DNA of 60,184 nt, filler included, from Sphacelaria rigidula (Eukaryota): assembly GCA_964200075.2 (NCBI GenBank). It is 6 parts of 6 records of this genome, joined end to end, with 100 filler letters (N's around TTAATTAATTAA, not from the genome) between each part and the next. Parts side by side here need not be neighbours in the genome. Positions count along the whole stretch, not along the records: positions 20,098 to 30,044 come from CAXNAA020007435.1; positions 30,145 to 40,091 come from CAXNAA020007436.1; 4 more parts are not named here. The stretch is one strand, 5' to 3'. The notes beneath the pieces are model-generated. The model made no database searches. It was not told where the DNA came from and saw only the letters and a program-made list of their open reading frames with translations. The position numbers were made by a program, and so were the translations under genes. The number at the start of each line of letters is the position of its first letter. The first letter of the stretch is position 1. Below are positions 21,290-33,700 of this stretch, piece by piece.

Positions 21290-24000
21290 TGTAGTTTGGC
21301 AAGCCACGTGAGGGTGGATTTTCTCCGTGTTAAGTTGGCTGTACATGCTCTCACGCACAAGTACGTGGTACACGCTGGCTACCACTGCTGCTGTGAAATC
21401 TCGCCTTGCTTTCGCAGTCGTGGTACTTTCGAGGCGTTGACGGCGCACGTCCGGCATGTTTCGGTATCACATTGCATGTCACATCATTTCACCCATACTT
21501 TGTGGTACCCGCCGCCGCTATATGGTAGAGACGGGGTTGTTTCGTCAGTAGGCACATAATTGTCAATATCGAGTATGGATTTGTTTCGAGGATGGACCTT
21601 GGAAACCTTCATGAGCATCGAAATGTTTTCGAAATATAAGCGCAAATGCACTCTCTCCGGCGATGATGTATAACCTAGCTCAACCTCAAAAGAAATCACC
21701 CGCAATATATAAAATCCTGTGCTTTTACCGGGCAATTTCGATATCCGTTCATTGCCTCACAAGAAACTATTCACATCTGTCAGAATCCCGCGTCAGCGCG
21801 AGTTTCGAAGTTTGCTGGTGGTTTGTTTTCGGGTGTGAGCGAGGCCACACGTCATGGTCGGATAGTGCATTTGCATTTGTTTTTTTCCCGGAACATTTTC
21901 GATGCATATGAAATTTCCCAAGGTTCATCCCAAAAACAACTCTATCCTCAGTTTGTAAAACCTCGTCTTATCAGCTGAGTACTACAAGCAATACCGAAGT
22001 ACAATGCCCTCGCCCTCCACGGCACACAGTGCACAGTACATAGTGGTTCATCTCTGCTCAGTAGTAGACGACAATGCACAGCTCTTTGCAGCACAGGAGG
22101 GGTTGGGTCGGTGGCAAAGACTGCAGAAAAAACTGAGTCTCCGCTTTGAGAACGTTGGCCGCGCTGGAGTATTCTGACTACTACATGCACTTAATACGCT
22201 TTTGAATTTTTCTCCAATGTCTCAACTTGGCGGGCATACATGCCGTCATTGCGCCGCTGCACCAATGTTCTCGTTGAAATAAATCTAGATGAATGCCGAC
22301 TGCTGCCGACCTCGTCGCCTCTCCTGTACCACCCGAGATCGAAGCTCATACTCGTGCGGTATGAAGTCCCTGCTGCCTCACCACCGACGTCATCGCCGAT
22401 GTAGCTTGTTCACCAGCTTAAGCATCTGACCTTGAACCCAACGTGTATCAAGCTAATGGCGCTTCCTCCTTCAGCTCCCGATGGAGACACTGAGGCTAGT
22501 ATTACCTCGAGCAAACCGCTCCTTGTAACGTAACAAAACACGAGCGTCAGGAGGTAACGCACCGCGAACTTGCAACAAACGCGCCCCTGTTCCAGAACCA
22601 TCCCCAACTGCTATCGGCCCTCCTTGTGCGCTCTAAGTCGAACCTTGACGGTCTCCACAACTCGCCAATCACCAGGGCTCTACCACTGAGTGCCCCCCTC
22701 GCTAGAAAATGTCGCATCGTGCTAGTCAAACGAAATTCTGTTGGTTTATCGTTACCGTATGCAAATAATTCGGGCGCTCGGCACAGTGTCAAGTACGATG
22801 CATAGAGGCATAGCCGTAGCGCGTATCCTCCGATTCCCGATGTGTCGGCCAAATGTTGACCTTACCGCAATATGACCCGAGTCAGTGATGTTCGAACACG
22901 CCCCCTGTCCCATTAAACCTTTTGGAACCGTTGATGGAGAAGTGGCGATGTACAATTGACGTTTTCTTGGGCAAGATATGTTTTTTTTCTGCAAGTGTTG
23001 ATGATGCAGCCCAACAAAACGGTGTGCCACTCTCAGTTCAAGTATAATAATGTGACAGATTTGTGCACCGAACTCGAAGTGATGTTTTCCCGGCAACGAA
23101 AGCTGGCATATAGAAGTTTGTACTGTTTTTCGCGATTTCCAAAAGGGCTAAGAACCGTCTCTCTGCTTACTCCAGCATTCATCGCCTTCAGGAAATGGTG
23201 AGTGGGCGGAAATATCAATACCGACTGCAAGGGTGAAATACGTGGACCGCAGGCAATCTACTGTCAACTGCCGGTGTAGCGTTTCTTGTACTTCTTGTAA
23301 AAGGCAACCCGTTCCCCCCTACCCTAGCGCCATCACTTCTGGGTCATCCGTTGGACTAATGCAGATTCCTTTCCTACGGCTTGGCTGTGTTGTCACAAGG
23401 GATAAGAACCTGCATGATTGACCACAGACGACGGTGCATTTCAGACGCGTGAGAGGGTTTTTGCAAGGTTTCGAAACAATTATTTACCCCTCGCTGGTCC
23501 AAACTCCCCTCTCATGAATGCACGAAGAGAAAGGTCGCAGAGACTTCAAATAGTTTGGACGGGACACCGCACCATAGTCATCTCGAGAGACCAGCAAAAA
23601 TACGTCCCGCAGGAGAATAATGTGTGATGCTCCGAGGCCCCAACCCTACGTCCATTCCGGTACGCTAAGAAGGCACATTGAGTCCACCATCCTGGCATCA
23701 GTCGTACCGTCGCAACGATTGTTCCATGAAACGTCTTTCGTTTTGTCCCCTGAAAAAATACCAATCATCCATCGACTATGGCACACCTGTGGACCTGTTG
23801 TGAATTTCTCCACAGTTACCGTCCACGCCATTGTAGCTATTTCGACAAGTCCGAATATGTTGGTATCGATAACGGGGTGTGGGTCAATCCACCATGATCC
23901 CGTTGTGGGACCTCGTCCCTTGTCGGACGAAGCGTACCTCCACCACATGTCCAAGTAGGGGTAGTGGCCTGCACGTGCGTCCAGCGTTGCACATGAAATG
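21290..24000 (-). pseudogene. Heavily decayed piggyBac-like transposase, C-terminal half, split by later insertions
   Basis: Fragments in order on the minus strand: YNGVDG..IHNR / TKDVSWNNR..MVDSMCLL (about 23650-23870), KTRFYKL..IDN (either side of the 21571-21949 MITE), and Cys-rich CRTC...W*PACTTYLCVRAC (about 21340-21470). Stops and frameshifts are present. Confidence 0.35.
21571..21949. mobile_element. Foldback MITE with ~100-bp imperfect TIRs
   Basis: GAGTATGG..GATGGACCTTGGAAA..GCATCGAAATGTT..CAAATGCACT matches the reverse complement of 21850-21949. Confidence 0.7.
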
Positions 24001-27000
24001 TAATGGTGTACTGCAGGGTCGTGGTATGATCGAGCGGGAGGACGTACTCATGATCTTGCATGCCGTAGTCATGAGACCATTTCTTTTGGCTCTAGTGCAA
24101 AAAACAGGTGATAATAAAAAATATGGGTCTGATGAGCTATTCATGAGAGCGATCGAAATTTGTCCCCCCCCTGTGTTATACAGAAAGTAATGAGCGCCAG
24201 AATGTTGGAGGTGTCTCTATTAGGAGTAGGAACGGTGCTCCGTCTCGAAAGGGNNNNNNNNNNGTCTCGAAAGGGATGCGTGGTCAATGGTCAAATGACT
24301 AAGGCAAGCAACAAATGAGTACGCCCCCCCCCCTGTGTTATACAGAGCTTGGTTGGGCAATTTTCGCTTTTTGGTACTGTTCTGAAGCTTCTCCTGCAGT
24401 TTCTTCCTTAGCACTCGAAAGCCCTAGCGTCGATAGATACTGGGGGGGGGGACGCAGGTTATGCCCAGGACATACTCTTCAATTGATGCTGCTGGGGCGA
24501 TAAGGAGTAAGTACCTCGTTTATCAGGGGGTGTTATTGACCGTTATTGGTAACAAAAAAACATTTTTCGGCTCTAGCCAAACAAATCGGTGAAACTGAAA
24601 AAACTGTTCATCTTTCATTTGTCCACGAGAACGGTCGGGATTGCTTGAATCAAGCAAAAATACCCATTCAAGGGTAAGAATCTGGGACTGGGTCCATTGC
24701 AGGACCCTCGATAAACGGTCAGCCCGGAAGGCGTTCAATATTGAGTGCAGATATGACTTCGTTTGGGAATGTGGAGCGAGTACCTAGTATCTCCCGATCT
24801 CTAAACTTTAATATCAAACGTTCACTTGTAGGAATGGTGACACGAGAAAAGACGAATAAAAATCGCTGACTGAGGAGAAATGACAAAAATCTCCTATTTC
24901 AGCTGAAAACTACTGTAAATAGAACCATGTCCCACACAAAGTCATCGACAACACCTCACTGACGGCCCCCAGGTCAACAAAGCCGGCGTACTTTCCTCGT
25001 TTCAGCATATTCTTGAAAAGCGATCTCCGGTCGTTTCTCCTCCAACGATGCCGCTTCTTCCCGTGTCATACCCAACCTTCTTGCCATCCAAAATGGGTCT
25101 AGTAGCGGCACATCCGTCTCTTCTCTTCCACCGGTTCAATGAAGTGCTGTCGGATTGGCCGTGGCCGTACTGGCCTTGTTCCCTGTCGGGAATCCTTTGC
25201 ACCCTCGTCCTGGGGGTTTCGTACCACGTCCGTCCGTGCCGCCTTCCACTTCTCACTCGCCCACAACTCGCCAGTACCGTATAAAGTTGGCTGGAGTCGA
25301 TAGCGCAGTTCCGACTAGTGGCAGCATGTCCGCGAGATCTCGGAACAAATTGACGCATTCTTGTTCCTCAATATCGCCCTGTGCAATTTTATGAACCAAA
25401 CCACATTGCGTCATTTGTGGCGAATCAATTTTTATTGCTATAGAGATATCCCATCTGTTATGTTCTCCGTCCCCGTCCCATGTGTTGCTTCGTGGCACCA
25501 TCCCGTGGTTAGTTTCAACCTACTCCACAAACGCATGCTGCTGCACTTGGATATGTCGCCCCTCCACATCTATTCACCGCAGGTTACTACGGATAAGATG
25601 TCTCCTCTCACTAGTGCTGGGTAACCCCCAACATTTCTATGTCCCTGACAGCCATTGCCCTCATCCACGCTGTCATCTTGAAGCGATCAGATCTGCTGTG
25701 AAAAAGTGATTCCCTCGGCGGACACTTGTGGGATTTTTTCCCTCCTTCCTGGTAGTGTCCATATCATCTGCCCCGTAGCTAGTTACTCACCAGGGTTCTC
25801 GCTTCCCACCGATTTTACAACTCTTTGTTGCCCGCCTAACTTCGGGGATCTGTCTCTTTCGTCACGTTATTGGGGGCCGACATTGAAATTCGGCATATTT
25901 TGATCACCGAGCATACAGAAGTATCTAATCAAGTCGCCAATGTGAACAAGTGATCCTCCCCAGCGGACGCTTGTGGCATGTACACCTTGTTATGTCGTGG
26001 GTCCTGTTGAGTTTTGTGCGCCCTCGAGTTCTCGTCCTCTGTCAAGTCATGCCCCCACCGCATGCCTAACTCTTGCCAGTATCCTGCCAACAAATGTGCC
26101 ATTCCATACAATGTGCTTGCCCCAGCTGGCAGTCGTTGAACGTGTGCAAAAAGGGTGCAAAGATCCAAGCCCTCTATTGCAGCAATCGTTCTCTCAATGG
26201 TCACATCCACAATGCTAAATCGCATGAAGTTCCTCTGGTTATGTTATCTCTCCGTCACCATTGCCGGGTTCCATTGTTGGAGTTCTCCATGGTCGTTTCC
26301 CATGTGACAAATATGTCATCGTCAACGTCCTACTACTGAAACATTGTCCTGGCCGTGCTGAAGTTGCTATGTGGCGTGGCTGTACCACAAACCCCACACA
26401 AGAAAGTTATCATCTCTGTTCTCCTATGAATCATATTGATTTTCATTGCAAGCTTCACACTTTTCGCGCCGTTGTGCTCGCGCCCATTGTGGGCCACGCG
26501 TGTAATATGCGGTTGCTCTCGTAAGTTTGACGTTCAGAAATTTATGTCCCACCGCTGAGTGTCAATCGTGAATCCTGATATCACCTACGGTGTCGCCCCG
26601 TTCGCTAGTTCACTGGCGATCGGTATCAGTGAATCCAAACTCGGATCGAATCCAAGGATCAAATCCAAAGCGTACGCTGATGGCCAAACACTTCCGACTG
26701 TGTTGCAAATAGTAAAGCCTGTGTTGCCAACAGCGGTCGAGAAGCGTCTCTGTCAACTTTGAGCCTCAAATGAAATTGTAGCGCCTAGCCATGTCTCATG
26801 TAATGTCGGATCAGAGCTTGCTCTCCAACATACCATCGTCGCGTTCTTATGATCTGAAACGGAAACGGCCATATCTTTCGACGTCGGCCCTTCGATCGTG
26901 GCTCAAGCCGGTGTGTCCCCCGCATCAGGTGCAACTTTTGCCGTCTCTGCAGCACAGTAGTTACGTGAAAAGGCGGCGGCTGAACACGGAATACTCCACA

Positions 27001-28109
27001 GTCGGACGGAGATCCCCACCCCGAGGGCATCGTCCACATGTTTATTTATATGTAGTTTCTCCGTCCCATAAGTCTGCTTTGGTGTGTTTGTACGGCTACT
27101 TAACGGTGTCCGATTTTCATGTTTTTTTGTTGCATCGTCTGGCTAACTTCCAGGCAAGTCCGTTTTCTTGAGGCCATTGCTGCTTGTCTCGATACGGCTG
27201 AATGGCCGCAAGAAGTCAGCCCGCCCGGAAATGGCCGTATTTCGACCCAAGTTCCAGCAGAAAAAATAAGAAAACGAATAGTCGCCGTCCTCACCATCAC
27301 TGAAACTCGATTGTAGAACGTCATAGAACGTCCCGAGGAAATACCATTCTCAAAACGATATCGAAAATGGCCAAGGTTGGCTATATTTTGACTCAATTCA
27401 TGTATACGAAAATATGCACTGTAACGGTTTTTTTGCAGTAGCATCGTCTTCGTTTTATCTTTCTAATATACCCGATTATAGCATTATCACTGAAACCATC
27501 ACGCCCAAACGACCAAACTCTCATACCCAGGCAGACCTATAGGACAGAGGAAGTTTTTGCTCATGTATGTCGAAAATATCCTGTCCATATTCCGCTTCAC
27601 CATATACCTCGGCAGCCATGACGGACATGGACCCGCCGAAATTGGTGTAATACACGTGCGCGCATTATTCTGTTGGGCAGGATTCCCCCCCTTCCCCAGT
27701 GAAACCTTGAGCTAGGCGTCGCCTGGCGTCCCAATCCATCCGGATATTCGAGCCCTGTCACCCCATTTCTCAAGTATATATTTTTGGAGCGTCGTTGCGT
27801 TTGGTGGACGGCGAATAAGTCGGTGAAGACCCGATTCCGTGGGTGTCGTGGTTCTGTCGGTGAAGGTTCCGGTAACGCACGCACCGACTACGTAATATGC
27901 TGTAAGCAGTCCGCGTCCACACCTAGAAACGATGGGCAGGGGAGTCCGGAAAAAGTACTCGGGAAAAGAGTGGCTACGTAATATAGATCTTGTTGTAATC
28001 TAACCTGATAAGGGTAAGGTGGGTTTGATCGACGAGCGCTCTTTTCTGAGGCACGGATGCAGCACATAATTCCGATTGCTGTGCTTCGAAAACCCCAAGA
28101 GAAAACAGT

Positions 28110-28468
28110 GTTTGTGTATGTGTGTTGTCCCATCTGTTCTGGACACCGTTCTACATCTTGCGGTATATGTGGGCGCATCAGCCGGGGTCACACACGAGGG
28201 GAGCCAACACAGCAGTTCCCCCCTTCTTGTTTGTTTTTAGTCGTCCAACTTTCTTCTGCGGTTCTTGTCTTTTTTGTCATCGCGGGAGAGGTTCAGCAGT
28301 CCCTTTCCCTCGTCGGCCCTTACGTCGCCTTTTGTGTACCCACGACAAAGTCGCTCTCCACTGTTGGGCATGTTGTGGGAAGAATCCAAGATCGCTCCGA
28401 GATTTGAACCCACGACCCAATCGTCAAAGGTTTTCGAGGTTACCAACTGAGCCACCGGGCCGACTGGC
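28110..28468 (-). mobile_element. tRNA-derived SINE copy
   Basis: Reverse complement of the 11789 element (TACCAACTGAGCCACCGGG head, TGTGTG tail). Confidence 0.85.
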
Positions 28469-30750
28469 TTGTTAGTGGTGTGTGTTTTCCAACTTCATGT
28501 TGTTGATCCAAAATGACAAGATTTGTTTTAGCGAAACTCGCAGGTACACCTCTTCCAGACTTACGTCCATTTATTATTCGTGCCGAAGGACCCCCAACCA
28601 AACCGCAAGTGGGTTAGTATGTCAGATGCGTCAGGATCATTAGTTTTTGCCTACAGACCAAGTTCATTGTCATACGGCATTGTTCGTACTTTTCGTTAGG
28701 CCGATTCGTGGCTCGGGTATCAGACTAAGTATACGTGCATAAACTCCGCTTCACCCAGGAAACTCGTCGACAGGCGTTGTATTCGTTGTGGCGTCTGCTC
28801 GTAGAATCACTTGGATCGATCCCGTGTTGTGATTTGTTCCTGTCGGTGTGCATGCCTTCAATACAAGTGAAATATTCTTGAACTCAGTGTGACGTTACAT
28901 AGTCATCTCTCTCGGTATATTGTTTGCTTCGTTAGGTTGCGCATGCTTAGATTGGTCCATGTACATGTGCTCATTGCCATCGCAACATCTTCCCCGCTAC
29001 ATCATCAGTGAGGCTGTCATGAATGTGTGGCGATTTCGCGTGTTCGTGGTTCACAAATTGTCGTTTTCGTTCACCCCGCAAACAGTGTACACTCCCCAGT
29101 AGTGCGCTGTGTACGACATCGATCTTGCTGCCGAGATACCGGCGTGTCCCACCGACCGAGCTCTATCGCGCTCGTCCGTGCTCCATGACCTGCCCCCCTC
29201 CCACCGCAAGTCGGCTGCCCGTTTGACGAAGTCCCTAGTCTGGCATCGCGGAGCCCGTCTCGTCATATAGCGCCCCGTCCCGTCGTAGCCCTGGCGAAGC
29301 TGCCGAACACCGCTGCCAAAAGCGCCCCTGCGACTCCGCTGTTATTGTTCGACGCTGATGTCTCCCTTTCGTACGGCGATACACGAGCACCAGGCGGGAG
29401 CTCGGAGGCAGACTACGGCGCGCTTTCCCCCTACGCTGCCTGCCCCTGGGTTGGCGGGGAGTAATTTGATCATGCCAAATACAGGCAGCCCCCTGCCTGC
29501 ACCATAGCGGCACGCGGATACATGCAATCGAAGTGGCATCTGAGCTTTATACATTGGCGACCGACACACAGCTCTCCTTGCGCGCGGGGCACACCCTCAG
29601 CCCCTAACGGTGCCACACATGCTTTGTCATAATGTCGACCCCTGTCCTACTATTACAGCTAGCCGCTGACCTCATGCTTCGCCGATGTGTTGAATTGTGG
29701 GCAGAGGTCCGAGTATTGACCCCCTCCTGTGCCCGACTAAGCTCTGGCCGACTCCACGCACCAACAGTACGGTTTGCACTCCGCTACATCTTCCCTCACC
29801 TTGCTACGCTACTCTGACCGTACCCTACTCTAGTTTGTACTCGAGTATTCGGCCGTGACCTCCAATCCCTTACACCCTTCGTTGCCTTTCCACTTGACGT
29901 AGGTTAAAGATGACGTACTGTCCCTCTCCGCAAATCGAACATCCCGCTATCCTCCGGTCCTTCACGTCTTGTTTTAGGCGCAACGAATATTGCAGGGTTT
30001 ATATACGATGGGGGAGAGCTGGCAGAGTATTGACCTACTTCTGTNNNNNNNNNNNNNNNNNNNNNNNNNNNNNNNNNNNNNNNNNNNNTTAATTAATTAA
30101 NNNNNNNNNNNNNNNNNNNNNNNNNNNNNNNNNNNNNNNNNNNNCGTCCCGGCATTGTAGGGATGCGAGGTCAATGGTCTGATGACTATGGCATGCATGA
30201 TCATGAGTACACCCAAAACGTGGCTGGTTTGGGGAGGCAAAGCCTACACGTAAATCGAAATGAAAAGAGTCGAGCACAACGAGCAGTTGGGAAATCTCAC
30301 GCTTGGGCTCCTTTTCGCCACTGTCGCTCATAGGAGGCGCTGCATGCAGCCTGAGACCGAACATCAAGCACTCTACAACCATTTTCTTCGTGACATTTGT
30401 GGGCTGGTTTTGAGGGGGGCTATGGTAGAAATACTCAATAATATTCTCCCGCCTGCTCGTACGCACATCCTGCCTCTGACTATGACGAGCGAGATTTTCC
30501 CCACTTCGATTTTCTGTTTTCCGTTACCAGCTTCCCAGAACTCGAAGATTGTCTATGCTTTGAATTTCCAAACATTGAACGTGTAACGGGCTGAGATGTT
30601 TTATGGGGAAAACTCGCCTCTTCACCCATACCATGCAACTCAAAAAGCGTAAGAAACTGTGCTCCTTCTCCTGATGCACTTCTAGTCTTCGGGTATACCT
30701 TGATACCCACCCTTTCCCCCCGTAAACACGGCCCACGCATCCATGCCTAG

Positions 30751-33700
30751 GCCGGTGTGCAAAAGGCTCCAGAGCTATACGAATATGCTCTGCTGACGGC
30801 TATATCGGCTTGTATACGAGCCGGCCCTCGGAACGGTTCTTTTGACGCCAGCAACCTCGCAGGCTGCAAACAGACGTCGTCGATGGCCATGCCGCGGGAA
30901 ACTATTAAAAAAACGGGAATAGCGCCGTGGGACGCTGCAATGCTTGATGACGCGCAGCGTATGGCACGAGAAGACGAGGCTCGTATGCATGAAGCCAAGA
31001 AAGATGCTGGAACCGCCACAGTAGGAGATGGGGGTTCACCAACACCGGCATCTACTCGTGGGGCAGAGGGACGAGTTGGAGGTGAGGTGCTCCGAGGGAA
31101 AATGGAAGTGGATGCAGACTCGAGGGGAGACTCGGGTCGGCGTGGACGGGATCGCGCGTTGGACATGGCGATCGTGAGAGAACTTGGCAGCGACGGAAGC
31201 AAGGATACAGTGGAGGGACATACGAGGGGCAGTTCTCACGAGCCTGAGGCGCATGACGCGGTACCTCATAGTGCTCGTCATAACGCGAAAGTTAGAGCGG
31301 ACAAAAGCGACGGGGCTCATATGGAAAATGGAGACCGGCTGCTCGAAGTGTCACTGTCGGATACCCCGTTGCGCGGAGAAGCTCGAAACGCAAGCACACT
31401 CAGCCTACCAGTGTTAGCGAGGTTGCAACAAGTGGGCTCCGCCTGTAAACCTACACGACGTCCGGAACACTGCGGTAGTCGTGGGCTAGAGCGGGCGTTG
31501 AAGCTTGCTACACGGTGCTTGGAAATAGACGGAGCCCACGCGGACGCATACATGCTGAGAGCGGAGATTGAACTACGGCTCGGGAGGAAGGACCGATCCA
31601 TCGTTGATTTTGAAGCGGCGGCGTTGCTGAGTGTCGGGGATCCCCGCCTGAGAATTAACCAGGTGATGGAGCACACTTTCGTCGAAGACGAAGAGTTTCC
31701 GACATTATGCCATGTGTTCTGCCGCCACGAGACACCCACGGAGTAGGTTTTATGATGCCACGTTAGTCGTGACTCGGCTACAACTCGTGAGACAGAGATA
31801 TTGTAATGTGCTTTACATGCGAGCAAGTTCTAGCCCAAGCTTGATGTGGGACATCGCGTCTGAGGGCGCTGCTGTGAGACCTGGGGTATGTCCCAGCCCC
31901 TCGGTCGGCAAATAATGCTGGTGGATCCGACAAATTTCATGGTCAGGATAGACGGCGTGTCACGAAGAGGTTTTCAGCGATATGGACGTCACCCACGAAA
32001 ATTACCTGCGCAGCGTACATCAATTTAGTTCCAATACACCCTTCGACAAACGAACGTACGATACTTTGCAGATTTAGGGGAAATTAAGATGTTAGCAGAC
32101 GTTCACTGATCGGTGAGCCCATATATTAGTAGAAAATTATGCTCGACACGACAACCCTGATTCCATCCGCTTCGAAACAAGGTTTGACACTTATCTGATG
32201 TTTCCCCGGCTTAGACTTGGGTTTAGTAGCCGAACTGTGTGACTTGTTTCGCAAATTGATCGGTGTGCCCTTTACCGGAAAACCCCGCTCTCGTCGCCCC
32301 TGCGACCACCCAGAGTGTCGTACGTCTGCAAGCCTCAAACTACGTGCAAGCGGTAGCAGAGCTGGAAAGCCTCGATCGAGGGTCCATGAAGCCGGCGATG
32401 AAAGCGGCTGCCGAGTACAATCTTGGAGTGGCCGCGGCTACAGCGGGGGACCTCACATTGGCCGAAGAAGCATTCACGCAAGCACTTCACGCCCTTAGTG
32501 CAACAACAGCGCGCGATCGAGATAAGGTACGGAGTGGTTCTATTGTTGGAGTGCACAATACTCTTCGAGCTTCTGCACCGTCGGAATCTCCCAATGACAA
32601 ACATCTGGGCCTTTGTGTGCAGCCTCAAAGAACGGTACGACTACAAAATTCATACCTACCGTAGAATCCCGGTACAGATGGTGGTATCATCGGAAAAGAA
32701 CACATATTTCTCAAGTGCCCTGTAGTCTCTGCGCAACGGCATATACTGTGCATTCGTTTGCGTAGGGTCGAAGGGAATTCGGATTGTACCAGACGTGAAC
32801 TCAATACGTTCCATATCCATGACATTAAGGTGCGCACGGTTCGTGTCATCTCGCGGACGCCCCCCGCTCGCTGGTTTTTCGATGGTGAAGCGCCTCGTGT
32901 TTACGACTCAAAAGCGGTACACGAAATTCCCCCGTCCTCTTGTGAGAGAGTCTCTTCGGTGATGGGAACAATACAAGCGCTCTTTCCCTTCGATTTTTTT
33001 CGAGGCGTGGCAGGAGATCCTAGCTGGGATGGACGGGGGGAGGGCAGTCAAGCTCGAGAACTCCTCTGTGGGGGGGTGCGAAATCAGCTTGAACGCATAT
33101 CAGTATGTGGATTTACCACTGAGTATTCCCAGAAGCCCATACTAGTGTGATTGATGACTTGACGCGTGTATTTCGACCTATAGTGCACGGATGAAGACGC
33201 TCGCACATTCCGGGAAGTGACCCCTACTGCCTGCGGGCATAATGTGGCCTTCTCCTCCATGTTCGCCCTCTACGACGTTTTGTTCTGTGACAGATAGTAA
33301 GCCCAGAAGCTTGCATTGCAAATCGCGGGCTGGTTCGGTTTGCCTTAGGATCCTTCGGCGCGTCCATCCAGGATTTGGACGGCATCGGCATAGAGCCAGA
33401 CGCTGTTCCCCCGACAAAGAACGCGCACTCCACTGCAGGTACTAGCGGCGAGATCGCGCGCTCTGTAGGAAAGTATAAAACAAGGTTTTTCAAGCGTGTA
33501 GAGTCAGGTGGGCGAGGACATTCTGCTCTCAAGACTCTGGACTGCGCTCTTACAAGAGCTCTTGCAGAGGGGCGGCTGGGAACCAAGCGACACAGAGAGG
33601 TACATTATGATCTGAAATAGGCTTAGCATGAGGCAAGATTTCGTGTGTCGTAGGGTGGTAAGGCGGGCTTTTCTCCCTAGCACCGAAGCCACCAGCCTCT

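Noticed and set aside
24125..24172. Minimal hammerhead-like motif CTGATGAG...CGAAA TTT GTC
   Set aside because: Stems I and III do not pair convincingly and it is a single occurrence. An Infernal search would be needed to rescue it.
28600..30044. Possible retroelement remnant at the end of contig 3
   Set aside because: It looks like decayed coding or repeat DNA, but no diagnostic motif or terminus could be identified by eye.
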